From the NCBI GenBank assembly GCA_951406725.2, contig OX597839.1, forward strand, positions 310,001 through 374,000: 64,000 bases of DNA. The letters run 5' to 3'. Of the stretch, positions 27,280 to 39,442 are shown in pieces; position 1 is the first letter of the stretch, and each line of letters begins with the position of its first letter. The DNA comes from Octopus vulgaris (lineage: Eukaryota). The notes beneath the pieces are model-generated. The model worked only from the letters and a program-made list of their open reading frames with translations. It was not told the origin of the DNA and ran no database searches. The position numbers and the translations under genes are program-made.

Positions 27280-27490
27280 TAGTGGGTTTGTGCATAATTA
27301 TTGCGGCTTTTTTTCAAAAAAATTTTATTCAACAAAAACATCTTTAAATGTCAGTCTGACCGTTTGCCAATCAAATGGGAAGCAGTAATTGAAGTAGATG
27401 GTGAATATGCTTCGGAATAATCATTTAAAGATGTTTTTGTTACATGCTGTTATTGTTTTGTTGAGTAATAATTATGCACCAACCCGATAG
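27280..27490. mobile_element. Small mariner-type MITE inside (GATA)n
   Basis: Imperfect TIRs GGGTTTGTGCATAATTATT / AATAATTATGCACCAACCC. Confidence 0.6.
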
Positions 27491-28916
27491 ATAGATAGAT
27501 AGACATAGATACAGACTGATAGACCGACAGATAGATAGGTAGATTGGATAGATACATACATACGGTTGTTAGTTGTCGGAGCACTGCATCCTTCAAGACT
27601 TCCATGCTTCCTGAGATTCGGCAACACTACACTTGATTTTCTCCCCTCCATACACACACAAGCATGTTCACTTTCCAGACATTTCTACATTACTGCATAT
27701 GCTTTATACGCACTTTCGACAAGTTGTGGTGCACCTGAGCACTGTTTACAATAATTTCATTATTATTATTATTATTTATACACACACACACATATATAAG
27801 ATAGATACATAAATACATACATACATACATACATACACACACACATATATATAAGATAAATACATAGATACACACATACAAACATTCATACAAAAACTGA
27901 CAAATAGAAAGATAGAAAGATAGAGAGAGAGAGAGAAAGAGAGATGAGGTAGGCAAGGAAGGAGATTTGAGTAATTCAATGCATTTATGTATAAATAGAA
28001 CTTTACAGTTTTTGGAATGTAGGCCAACGTTTAATGCAGTATATTGAACTCAATTCTAAATATTTGTCTATAGTTTCTGTTTTGTTTTGTTCCATCTGTT
28101 GTCTCTTATTTCTTTGTGTTAAGCCTTTAAGTGAATCTATACCTTGAGATATTTGCTTGATAGACTCAAAACAATATGCATCTATGCATTATGCATTAGT
28201 GTTTTGTATACTAACCTACCGAAGGCCACTCCTGATTCTACAATACAAACTTTTTGTCTTAAAATGATGGTTTAACTTTTTAGTATTTAAACCGGCCAAA
28301 ATATTTAATCTGTTTTATGTTCAAACTGACCAGATCCAGGCTCTCACACCTACCCTACAATGTTATTCTACATTAAGTAATTACACCATCAAGATCTTGA
28401 AGATATGAGATAATGCCTGATTAATTCAAATCAATGTGAATCAATAGGCATTATGTTTGATTGAATAATCTGAACACTAAAGGGTTAAATTAAAACCTTC
28501 TGGCAAAATTTCATGTTAATTTATGTTACAAACATCAACTTAATATTGGTTTCAAAATTTGGTACAAGGCCAGCAATTTCTGGGGAGGGGGTAAGTTGAT
28601 TACATCGCCCCCCCCCCCCCCAGTGTTTCACTGGTAATTAATTTATCGCCATATAGATACGACTGGCTTCTTTCAGTTTCCATCTACCAAATCAACTCAC
28701 AAGGCTTTGGTCGGCCCAAGGTGCCACACAGTGGAGCTGAACCCGGACCCATGTGGTTGGTAAGCAAGCTTCTTACCACACAACCACTCCTACATATACA
28801 TATACAATGGGCTTCTGTCAGATCTTTCCTTTGTGTGTTTTTTTAAAATTTTTCTATTTGTTTCAGTCATTGCTCTTTGGCCATCATGGAGCCGTGTCTT
28901 GAAGGATTTTAGTCCA

Positions 28917-29171
28917 GTGTTTCCCAACCATTTTTTACCTATGGGCCCACTTTGTTTCTTGCTTTCCTTGGATGTACCCTCTTAACCATTCCATGTTTTA
29001 AAATAAATCCTATTATAATTAAATATTATCAGGGATTGTATAAAAACAATTATTAAAATATTTTGTGCATTATACAAGTTTAACTAATTTATCGGGGATA
29101 AATTTTATCAACAAAATCTTATGTGGAACCCCATGGGCCATGGGCCATCTTGACCCCAGCTGAGAACCACT
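28917..29171. mobile_element. hAT-like MITE (CAGTG...CACTG) with near-perfect 8-bp TSD
   Basis: Ends CAGTGTTTCCCAAC and GAGAACCACTG; flanks TTTTAGTC / GTTTAGTC. Confidence 0.65.
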
Positions 29172-29945
29172 GGTTTAGTCAAACACATCAACCCCAGTAC
29201 TGGTGCTTATTCTATTGGTCTCATTTGCTGAACCACTTAGTTATGATAGCGTAAACAAATCAACACTGGTTGTCAGGCAATGGGGTTAGGGAGACAAACA
29301 CAAATATGCACATACATATATAAGGTGCTGTGCAGTGAGATTGAACCCAAAACCATGTGGTTGCAAAGCGAACTTCTTAACTGCACAGGTATGCCTTATT
29401 CTTGGTCTTATTTTGATTCTTAGTACTTTGTTTTCTTGTTGGGTAGGGATTCTCTTTTTTTTCTTCTCTTTGTAAATTTGTCATTCTGATAAATATTTTT
29501 TTTTTTGTTCTCCAGCCAAATTCTGATTTTAGCACCTTATATTATATTACCAAAAATTTACATCAATTTCCAGGTAGTTCAACGTTTTAATCATTATATC
29601 TTGTCCAGCTACTAGCCAGTTTTTGTAGAAGAGTGAGCTGTTTGAATTCAGTGCCTTGAAATCGCAGAACTACATCACGGCACCTGTGACATCAAGCTAT
29701 CCTACAACTCGACTATTTCTACTCCTAATAATAAACCTAATGGTTTATTAGCATTTGCTTGTGAACAGTGGATTCTACATCACTTACATTTTCTCTCTGT
29801 CCTCCTTGCTCTCAGACAGAAGGTAAGAATCTAAAGCATTAAATTCTTTACTCTTCACAGCAGTTGATGAACTTACCAAACCCTTCTGTGAATTCCTCCA
29901 ATGTTTATTACTGTATGACAATCAATTTTGCCCTAATATATTACC

Positions 29946-31433
29946 ATGGAGATTCCAAAGAACTTATCTGATGCCTTGATGGCTGTGTTCTTTCTCCTGG
30001 CTTTCATACTTTACCAAGCTTATCACTTCAAATTTTCTTTTGAACTAATTGTTCTCGTATCTTCAGCCAGAGAGAACTTTGACCACCGAACAATCATCAG
30101 AAATACGTGGGCGTGTAATGAATCCGGAGAACTAGGCAACCAAATTAAAGTGTTTTTTGTGGTTGGAGATAAATCATGTCCATTTCCCACAGAAGACAGA
30201 CTGGATGCATACTCGTGCCGTCCTTGGACACCTCAGACTACTCACTTGCAAATTACCAACCAAGAAGCTTTAATCAGCTCAGCATATGATGATAAGTCAC
30301 ATCGAGGTAACATCCTAGAGCCTCAACCTGTCGGTTTAGAATTGACTGCATCCAGATACCCTCGTTTAAAACTCTTTATAGCATTCCGTATTCTTCATCC
30401 AATCATTATTCGGAAATTTGGCCTTCATAAATCAATTAAAGCTGATGCCAGTCTGCCACGGATTCCTGTTGTGCTACTAAATGGTGGCAACCAAGAAGAA
30501 GTTGTCCGTGTTCACTTCAGTGACATTGACCCTGGTATTCCGCAAAACAATTTTTACTACCAACCCGTGGAGGCTTTTCTTCTTCCAAAAGACTTTGAAG
30601 GAATTCTAATGCTTGATATTCCCGAAAACACAGATATCTCGTATTCTGATAACATAAACAACATCTCAGCGGCGTTTTGCTTACCTCCAGATAGTAACAC
30701 TGTTATTTACTTTTATCAAAGCAACCCCGACATACGTTGCTGGTCGCAACTGGCTACGAATTTCATCTATGACATAGATGACTTTGGAGTTTTAGAGAGG
30801 CATATAACAGGTCGTCCTGAACGACACAAGAAATGGACTGCAGAAAAGTGGATAGAAGAACAACGTTTATTAGATGAGAAAAACAAATTTTCTGATTTAA
30901 TGGTTGTTCAACAGATAGATGTGTACAGAAATTTGCCAAACAAGTTACTTCTAGCTCAGAAAGAGCTGATGAAATGGCACAAATATTCTTATGTATTGAA
31001 AACTGACGATGATTGTTTTCTTAATTTGAAGCAAATTCTAAAGCATTTAGACAGCATCAAGTATAAAACATTTTGGTCTGGTAAATTCCGTTCCAACTGG
31101 GCAGTTGACAGATATGGCAAATGGGCCGAATGGCTATATGATTCTGTGGTGTATCCGAAATTTGCTTGTGGATCTGGTAATGTATTCACGTCAGATATTA
31201 GTCAGTGGCTCGCAAACTCTTCTGATTACTTGAAAGTTTATCAGGGGGAAGATGTGACGATGGGCATTTGGTTAGCAGCAGCTTTTGGTCCAGTCACTGT
31301 GGATGACCAGCGATGGCATTGTACAAAAACTTGCTCTCCCGACATGTTTTCCATGCCGGATCTCACCACTGAGGAGTTGTCACGTATGTGGGCTGATAAG
31401 ATGAATTGTGGCAACCCGTGCGGGTGTGAGTGA
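29946..31433 (+). CDS. B3GALNT2: UDP-GalNAc:beta-1,3-N-acetylgalactosaminyltransferase 2-like (GT31), intronless CDS, 495 aa
   Basis: N-terminal type II TM anchor; GT31 motifs SAR..R.IR.TW, KTDDDCF (DxD), YPKFACGSG, QGEDVTMGIW; C-terminal CGNPCGC typical of B3GALNT2. Confidence 0.9.
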   Translation: MEIPKNLSDALMAVFFLLAFILYQAYHFKFSFELIVLVSSARENFDHRTIIRNTWACNESGELGNQIKVFFVVGDKSCPFPTEDRLDAYSCRPWTPQTTHLQITNQEALISSAYDDKSHRGNILEPQPVGLELTASRYPRLKLFIAFRILHPIIIRKFGLHKSIKADASLPRIPVVLLNGGNQEEVVRVHFSDIDPGIPQNNFYYQPVEAFLLPKDFEGILMLDIPENTDISYSDNINNISAAFCLPPDSNTVIYFYQSNPDIRCWSQLATNFIYDIDDFGVLERHITGRPERHKKWTAEKWIEEQRLLDEKNKFSDLMVVQQIDVYRNLPNKLLLAQKELMKWHKYSYVLKTDDDCFLNLKQILKHLDSIKYKTFWSGKFRSNWAVDRYGKWAEWLYDSVVYPKFACGSGNVFTSDISQWLANSSDYLKVYQGEDVTMGIWLAAAFGPVTVDDQRWHCTKTCSPDMFSMPDLTTEELSRMWADKMNCGNPCGCE

Positions 31434-32339
31434 AATCAAATTTAAAGGTAAGCAGGAAATTTGGAGCAGAAATCTTGTGAGGCAGACTGAAATGATATTT
31501 TTTGTTGATGCTGTTGTTGTTTAGCCCTGGGTGATATACGACTGAGCAGAATCAAAGGCATTCCAACCATGACCATTCCTTCTACGGCATTGCTTGTTGA
31601 TAATCATATATGTGCATGTGTGTGTCTGTGTTTGTGCCACCTTGCATTGACATTGTGAGGTCGTTGTATGTGAGTGTCCCTGTCTTACAAATAGTGTTCT
31701 TTGTCTCCATTCTCCTGTGGAAACACATCTGAATACCCTACTTGGAAACTGGTAGATGTTGGTGACAGGAAAAGCACCTGGCCTTAGAAACCCACCTCCA
31801 ACGAATTCTATGTAACTCAGTGGTTCTTAACCAGGGTACATATGGCCCCTGAGGGTCCATATATGATTTTGGGGGCTCCATGCAGCAAAATAACAAATTG
31901 GGGATCCATAACAGTACTTTAAGGGCCCCAGAAAATATTCTGCTTTAGCTGTATGTATTGTAAGAAACCTCTGGGTTTCTTTCTCTAATATTTTACATTG
32001 TCCAACCTACACAAGTTAATGTGTGAAAACATTAATAAACAAATAAAGTTGATCACCACATCAAAGTGGCTGTTCCATGTTACTCCTAGTTTAACCCCAG
32101 GCAGATCTTCCACCAGCTGGTTATCAGTGCAGCCCCGCACCCTGTACATATATATTGCTACCCCCTACCATCCCCCAGCAGACGACAGGATCATGAGACT
32201 GACTCAGTTTTGAGCTAGTTTGCTCATCTTTGGTCACAAACACCTGATCACCAGAGTCTGCTCCAACTAGAAACAAAGCAATCAATTGATGTGATATGGA
32301 GCTTTACTTGTTAGTATACTTACTACTGTCATCTCTTGT

Positions 32340-32845
32340 GGAGGCACAATGGCCCAGTGGTCAGGGCAGTGGACTCGTGGTCATAGGATCATGGTTTCAA
32401 TTCCCAGACCGGGCGTTGTGAGTGTTTATTGAGCGAAAACACCTAAAGCTCCACGAGGCTCCGGCAGGGTGTGGTGGTGAACCCTGCTGTACTCTTTCAC
32501 CACAACTTTCTCTCACTCTTACTTCCTGTTTCTGTTGTACCTGTATTTCAAGGGGCCAGCCTTGTCACACTCTGTGTCACACTGAATCTCCCTGAGAACT
32601 ACGTTAAGGGCACAGTGTCTGTGGAGTCCTCAGCCACTTGCACATTAATAAATGAGCTGCGACGTCACTGGTGCCAAGCTGTATCGGCCTTTGCCTTTCC
32701 CTTGGATAACATCGGTGGCATGGATAGGGGAGGCTGGTATGCGCAGACGACTACTGGTCTTCCATAAACCTTGCCCAGACTTGTGCCTCGGAGGGTAACT
32801 TTCTAGGTGCAATCCCATGGTCATTCATGACTGAAGGGGGTCACA
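32340..32845 (+). mobile_element. tRNA-derived SINE family C; related copy 54285-54605
   Basis: A/B-box-like head (TGGCCCAGTGG...GGTTTCAATTCC); body CTTGTCACACTCTGTGTCAC...GAGAACTACGTTAAGGG shared with the 54285 copy. Confidence 0.65.
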
Positions 32846-33537
32846 AGACACAAGACTCTCATCTCTCATTGTGATTTTACAACCGGCTATTTTGCTTGTT
32901 GCAAATCAGTGACCGATGGTCACTTTGTTTACAACATATTGCTAGCTGGAGCGGGCTCTGGCCAGCTCTCTGGCGACCAGTTGTTCGCAACTGAAAATGA
33001 ACAAACCAGCTGGAAAGTGAGTCAGTCTCACAACTATGTTGTCTGCTGGAGGACGGTAGGGGTTCGCTTCCCTGCTAGCAATATACATGTACAGGATGCA
33101 GAGCTGCACAGATAACCAGCTGGTGGAAGATCCTGCTTGGAGTTAAACTAGTAGTAACATGGTACAGCAGCTTCGATGTGACGATTAATTTTTCTTGTTA
33201 GTATAGTCACTGTCACATTTCTTCTGGAGATTTTACAGCTAGCATCTTCTACTATAATAATACTCTTGTGTTTTTCTCCATCACAACATATGAATGAGAA
33301 AGGAAGGGGTGAAAGCAAAGTGATAGTGAGAGTGTTTCAATACTGTGTGAGTATATGTGTGTAAAAGGGAGGTATGTGAATGTTTGTGTGTGTGTAATGG
33401 AAGTGAGATGGTGAACATTCAACGCTGAAAAGAAAAATCAAACAGCGTTTCAACTATGTGTGAGTATCCATATTTATATATAAAAGTGAGAATTTACAGA
33501 AAAAACAAAAGACGGAGATGGGTGTGTAAACAACAGA

Positions 33538-33920
33538 GGCGCAGGAGTGGCTGTGTGGTAAGTTGCTTGCTTACCAACCACATGGTTCCGGGTTCAGTCC
33601 CACTGCGTGGTACCTTGGGCAAGTGTCTTCTACTATAGCCTCAGGCCAACCAAAGCCTTGTAAGTGGATTTGGTAGACGGAAACTGAAAGAAGCCTATTG
33701 TATATATGTATGCATATGTGTGTGTGTGTGTGTGTATGTTCCCCCCAACATCGCTTGATGACCGATGCTGGTGTATTTACGTCCCTGTAACTTAGCGGTT
33801 CGGCAAAAAGAGACCGATAGAATAAGTACTAGGCTTACAAAGAATAAGTCCTGGGGTCGATTTGCTCAACTAAAGGCGGTGCTCCAGCATGGCCACAGTC
33901 CAATGACTGAAACAAATTAA
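33538..33920 (+). mobile_element. tRNA-derived SINE family A; copies at ~37735-37910(-), 44128-44545, 45180-45570, 53745-53900(-), 55785-55895, 61508-61670, 63235-63640(-)
   Basis: Near-identical GGAGTGGCTGTGTGGTAAG...GGTTCAGTCCCACTGCGTGGCACCTTGGGCAAGTGTC heads with an internal (TA/TG)n tract. Confidence 0.9.
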
Positions 33921-35154
33921 AGATAAAAAGGAACTGTTGTAGCAATATGTGATTTTTTTCAGCTTGATGCCTTTGTTACAGCTCTAAGGTAACCTCTGTT
34001 TGGCTAGAAATAGAAGCTAATTCTCCCTCAAATCATAACCTTATATCTTACAAGCTAATGAACAGGAGCCTTGACATGGTTATTGTCTTACAAGAAATAG
34101 CAGCTAAATCTCCTTCAACTCACACCATACCATTTCGAAAAGAAGGACACACTTGATTTTGTCTTATGTATGCATTTGAATAAAAGAAAAGAAAATCACA
34201 GCTGGAATATCTTTGATCATAGGTCTGCCTGTTCAGGACTGACCTGGGGCTAAACAACAATGGTACCTTTAGGCAGTGAACTTTTTTGTCCTTTCTTTAA
34301 TCTTTCTCTAAATTATGACGAAAACATTGTGTGTGAGATAGAAGGGATTATAATGGTTTTTTTATATTTTATCATAAGACTAGATATTTTAGGGGGTGGG
34401 GGCGGAGTAAATTGAGTACTGGTGCTCAAGTGCTCAACTGGTACTTATTTGAATCAGAAGCAATGAAAGGCAAAGTCAACCATATTGTAATTTGAATTCA
34501 GAACATAAAAACTCAGAAGAAATATGGCTTAGAATTTTGTCAGAGATGATATCAATTCTGCCAACTTGCTGTCTATTGATAGGGATAATAACATTGTGTA
34601 AGAATTTTTTTTTTTTTTCTGTCTTTGGTCAGTAAGGGTTATTTCCTATTTGCCTCAATCTAGAAATCAAAGGAAGTGACTACTATTCCCTTCAAACTTT
34701 GCTTTTGTGATCTGGACATCAAAGTTTTGAAACTGACCTATTTTCCATTCCATTTCAGACAGATTCAGTACTGAGTTGCTGAAGCAGAAATATCATTATA
34801 GCAAATATTCTGCTCAATACCACAGATCTGCTTGTCAGTTGCTTGACCTAAACCACTTGAGCATGTCCCTTAATGGCTGACAATGTGCGCATCTCTGTTC
34901 ACATGCAGGAGCAGTGGGGGAGCATCATAGCCATGTGTTGAGAGGGATTCTTTGGGGGTTTGAATAAATGTAACAAAAGCAAGTTAGATTAAGAAATAAA
35001 GATAAAGAGACAGACAGTGTGTGTGAAAAAGAGAGAGAAAGATGAATAGAAAGAGAAAAAGAGATAGAGTTTGTAAAATCTAAATGAAATGATCTTTCTT
35101 AAAAATAATTCTTTTATCGGCCTAACTTTTCTTCTTCTGTTCCACATTTTTCAG

Positions 35155-35811
35155 ATGCCATCATCAGAAATACATGCTCTTTCGGAGCGCATTGACAAAG
35201 TTCTTTTGGAATTCTTCGATGTATTAGATAAATATTACCAATGCCAGGCCATACTGGAGGAGAATCTGAAGTCTGGTAACCTACACATGTCTCGTGCACG
35301 TTATATCCGTGGAGTGACATCAATAAGCTCCTTAAAAATCACAGAACGCGAAATGCAAGCATCCTCCCAAGTGCAGTGCTCTGGAAATGGCTTGGAAACG
35401 GTTTTTGCACTCATGTCTGATGTCAGCAGGGACGACACAGAGACTCACGCTACGGATACTTTGCGAAAACGTAATGTAGGAAAGAGCGGTAATGATGGCG
35501 CCAATGTTAATGAAGACAGCAACGACAATGAAAGACAAGAAAAAATGCCAGACGACAAGAAATCCAATGACAAGGACTCAACCAAGGACAAAAAACAGAA
35601 GTCCACATGTAAAGATCCTCTGAACTGGTTTGGCGTTTTGGTACCACAAAGCTTGCGTTATTCACAGAAAAACTACAAATCTGCCGTCGAGGCTTGTGTG
35701 GAACTGGCCAACCTCCAATTGATGATGCAGAAACTTCAGATGCAATACCAAGAACTGTTGCAAGAGAAGAACGTTTTGGCTCTGGCTGAGGTGAAAGTGT
35801 CCTCATCATAG
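35155..35811 (+). CDS. CCDC115: Coiled-coil domain-containing protein 115 / Vma22-like V-ATPase assembly factor, single coding exon, 218 aa
   Basis: Motifs G.L.MSRARY..G and DPLNWFGVLVPQSLR.SQ..Y..AVE..VELANLQ. The likely ATG at 35155 directly follows a branch point (CCTAAC), pyrimidine tract and CAG acceptor; the upstream ORF extension is intron sequence. Confidence 0.88.
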   Translation: MPSSEIHALSERIDKVLLEFFDVLDKYYQCQAILEENLKSGNLHMSRARYIRGVTSISSLKITEREMQASSQVQCSGNGLETVFALMSDVSRDDTETHATDTLRKRNVGKSGNDGANVNEDSNDNERQEKMPDDKKSNDKDSTKDKKQKSTCKDPLNWFGVLVPQSLRYSQKNYKSAVEACVELANLQLMMQKLQMQYQELLQEKNVLALAEVKVSSS

Positions 35812-37045
35812 GGCCTCACGCCTCAATGAAATACAGGACATTAAATCAATGACAGAGGGACCACTGTTGACATTTTTCCTTTTTATGTATATTATTTGTT
35901 ATAAATATATATTTTATGCAACCTGGCTTTGCTATGGATTGTTGTTCTTTATCCTTTCCCTCCTTTTACATCATCATTGTTTAACATCCGTTTTCCATGC
36001 TGGCATAGGTTGGATGGTTCGCCAGGAGCTGGTCAGGCTTCCTTTGTCTATTTTGACTTAGTTTCTGCAGCTGGATGCCCTTTTCTAACGCCAACTACTT
36101 TACAGAGAGTACTGGGTGTTTTTTATGTGGCACTAGCATGGGTAACTAAATACCCCAAATCATTTTGTTGGACATCCTAACAATTTTGCTAATCCAATCC
36201 ACTTTCTCTTTTTAGTTGACCAAAAGGTCTGCAGAACTTATTTTATTGATGTCTGTTTATTGAACTACTAAGTTCAATAGATCATCATCATCATCATCAT
36301 CATTTAGCGTCCACTTTCCATGCTAGCATGAGTTCGACGGTTCAACTGGGGTCTGGGAAGCCAGAAGTCTGCACCAGGCCCAGTCTGATCTGGCAATGTT
36401 TCTACGGCTGGATGCCCTTCCTAACGCCAACCACTCCGTGAGTGTAGTGGAGTCATGTTAGGGAACCAACACAAAGGGGTTTTTTTCTATCAAAACAATT
36501 GACCCCAGTACTTATTTTTTTAAAGCCTGTTATTCTATTAGTCTCTTTGCCATACCACTAAGTTACAGGGATGTAAACAAACCAACACTAATGTTCAAGC
36601 AGTGATGGTGGGACAAACATACATATATAATAAACTTCTTTTCAGGTTCTGTCTATCAAATCAACTCTTAAGGCTTTGGCTGGCCTGGGCTATAAGTGGA
36701 ACACACCTACTGAAGGTGTCACACATTAGGATTGAACCTGGAACCATGTGGTTGGGAAGCATTAGTTTTGGGGCCTGGTGAAAGCATAAACACTGTCAAC
36801 CCTAATTTTCAGCCATGTCACTCTCCTCTCACACTGTTATGAACTGACCCACCCCTTTGCTTTCCCCCAGATCCACTGTCCCTATTTTTCCTTATATTTA
36901 CCTTCTTGTTCCTTGAGAGTTCACTCTGGTATTTCATCACCACCATCGTATTTTAATGTGTATAAGGAACCCTTTTTAGTCAAAAATTAGGTAAAAAAAA
37001 TATGGGAGTTTCTTATACAAGGATATTATTATATTAAAAATATTG

Positions 37046-37378
37046 AATTTCTAAATGTCTCAGAGAGACATGAGCAGTGGTGGAGCGATATCGTGGTTGT
37101 ATACTGTCATCTCGACGTGACAGTCCCGTAATGGAATTACACCACCACCATTTAGCCCTAGGAAACATCGACATTTCCTGTCAGCCTTGAAACATTTTCT
37201 GTGTCCTTATATTTTCAAAGGGGAGGGCATGGGTGATTGCCTCCCCATTGCAAATATAAGGACACAGAAAAGGTGTCAAAGCTGACAGGAAACGTCAATG
37301 TTTCCTAGGGCTAAATGGTGGTGGTGTAATTCCCTTACGGGACTGTCACGTTGAGATGACAGTATACAACCACGATAT
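37046..37378. mobile_element. Fold-back element with ~125-bp arms and an asymmetric left extension; related copy at 51200-51511
   Basis: GTGGTTGTATACTGTCATCTC...GTGTCCTTATATTT pairs with AAATATAAGGACAC...GACAGTATACAACCAC. Confidence 0.8.
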
Positions 37379-38971
37379 TATTATAATCCCTTATAAAACC
37401 TTTTTTCCAAATTCCAAGCCCCCAAAATTAAGGAGTTCCTTATACATGTTAAAATATATCTTCTTTCCAGCTAGCTATTCCAACCTACCCTTATATGATG
37501 CATGGTAGCCATATACCTGCTCAATTATATGACACCTGTGTTTGTCAATCAATCATAGTTTAACCTTGAACATCTGACATAAAGCCATCTTCCACTCACC
37601 CAACCGTCTCACTGCACAGCCACACCTACTCTTTTACCTGTTTCAGTTATATATCATCATCATCATCATCGTTTAACGTCCGTTTTCCATGCTAGTATGG
37701 GTTGGACGGATTATATATATATATACATACATATATACGATGGCTTCTTTCAGTTTCCGTCTACCAAATCCACTCACAAGGCTTTGGTGGGCTTGAGGCT
37801 ATAGTAGAAGACACTTGCCCAAAGTGCCATGCAGTGGGACTGAACCCAGAACCATGTGATTGGTAAATTGGTAAGCAAGCTACTTACCAGACAGCCACTC
37901 CTACGCGCCTATGTATATATATATATATATATATAATAAATTATACCTGTATATATATATATAATAAATTGTACTCTACTATATATAGAGAGACGTTTCA
38001 TCTGCATTTTTCTCTTTGTTAACAACTTAATAACAATTATTTCAAATTTTTGCCACAAGGGCAGCTTGTGGGAGGTGAGGATGAGTTGATTGCACAGACG
38101 TCAGTGTTCAACTAGTACTTAATTTATCAACCCCGAAAGGATGAAAAGCAAAGTCAACCTTGGTGGAATTTGAACTCAGAATGTAGCGACGGGTGAAATA
38201 CTGCTAAGCATTTCATCCAGCGTGCTAACGATTCTGCCAGCTCGCCGTCTTAACAACTTAATAATAATAACCGCAAGTTAAAAATAAAAAACAATTTTTA
38301 CAGTTTAAATATTGAAATTGCAAAAAAAAAATATTTTTAATAATAAATAGATTAAATAAGTAAAAAAAAAAAACATTTCATTTGTTAGAAAATATAGAAT
38401 TTTTAGTTCATAAAGTCATTTCATCAGCATTATCATTATTATTAGCATTATTCATAATTTTTTTTTTTTTAGAGTTCAGATCAGTTCTTGAAATATTTCA
38501 AGGAGAAAAATCAAAATTTTAAATATTGATTTATTGGAAAAAAAAATATTTAAGTTATGTATACAGCTTTTTATTTATTTATACAATGTGTTGTTCTTGT
38601 TGTTGTTGCATAGCACCCCAGATTTAGCTCTGATCTACTGACCTTCAGTCCAAGATGTCCCAGCTGCGACAGTGCATCTAGGATTACATTACCTAATGTA
38701 CCATTCCTGGTTGTTATTGTTTAAAGCTTCAGCTTGGCTCAGCCAATTCAGCAGACCTATCACCAAAGACATTCCAGCTGAGACCATCCCGTCATCTATT
38801 CAAATATAACATGTCTAAGACCAGATTAATATTGTGTCCTTCTCTGTCACTGATTAGCCTCAGGTCAACTCTCTGATCATAATGCATGCCAGCTGTGGCC
38901 TTCCTGTCATTTATTCAAACATGGTCTGTCTAGGACTACATCATTTAATGTGATCTTCTTTATAGTTGCTG

Positions 38972-39116
38972 TTAGAGATGTTTTCGATCTAGTTCGGATT
39001 CTTTGCCATAAAATTTGATAGCAAAGAATTCAAATTTGAATTCCTTGCCATAAAATTTGATTGCAAAGAATTCAAATTTGATGGCAAAGAATCCAGACTA
39101 GATCGAAAACATCTAT
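38972..39116. mobile_element. Small palindromic MITE with hAT-like TAGAGATG ends
   Basis: TAGAGATGTTTTCGATCTAGT / ACTAGATCGAAAACATCTATA with internal repeated palindromes. Confidence 0.65.
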
Positions 39117-39442
39117 ATTAATCCCCCCAGATCAGCTCTGATTCATCAGTTCAAAAGTGTTCCAACTGGGACTAGCCTGTCTTTCAAACACATAGCATAC
39201 CTAGAACTACCATTAGCCTATGTGTCTTGCTTTCCTTTAAAGATGTTTAGGTGTGACCTAAGGGAACTTACTGCTTGTAGGTCGGTGAGTGGATCGTGGG
39301 GCTGTTTTTTTTTGGTTTTTTTTTCATTATTTACATTAGAAGGGGAGGCGATTCTCCCTCTATACCATGTAGAACAATAAACAACAAGAACAAAACAAGT
39401 TGGTGGTGTTGATGGCAGCATCTTTGGTTCCACTCTCATTCT

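Noticed and set aside
33538-33610. tRNA genes
   Set aside because: The tRNA-like segments are heads of multi-copy SINEs and continue into shared SINE bodies; no complete cloverleaf was found.
35089-35154. Signal-peptide-like N-terminus on the CCDC115 ORF
   Set aside because: It is the translated polypyrimidine tract and branch point of the acceptor; the real start is probably 35155.
31431-35157. Stop-codon readthrough fusion of B3GALNT2 and CCDC115
   Set aside because: The 14-nt spliced spacer is not a multiple of three, so readthrough would be out of frame.
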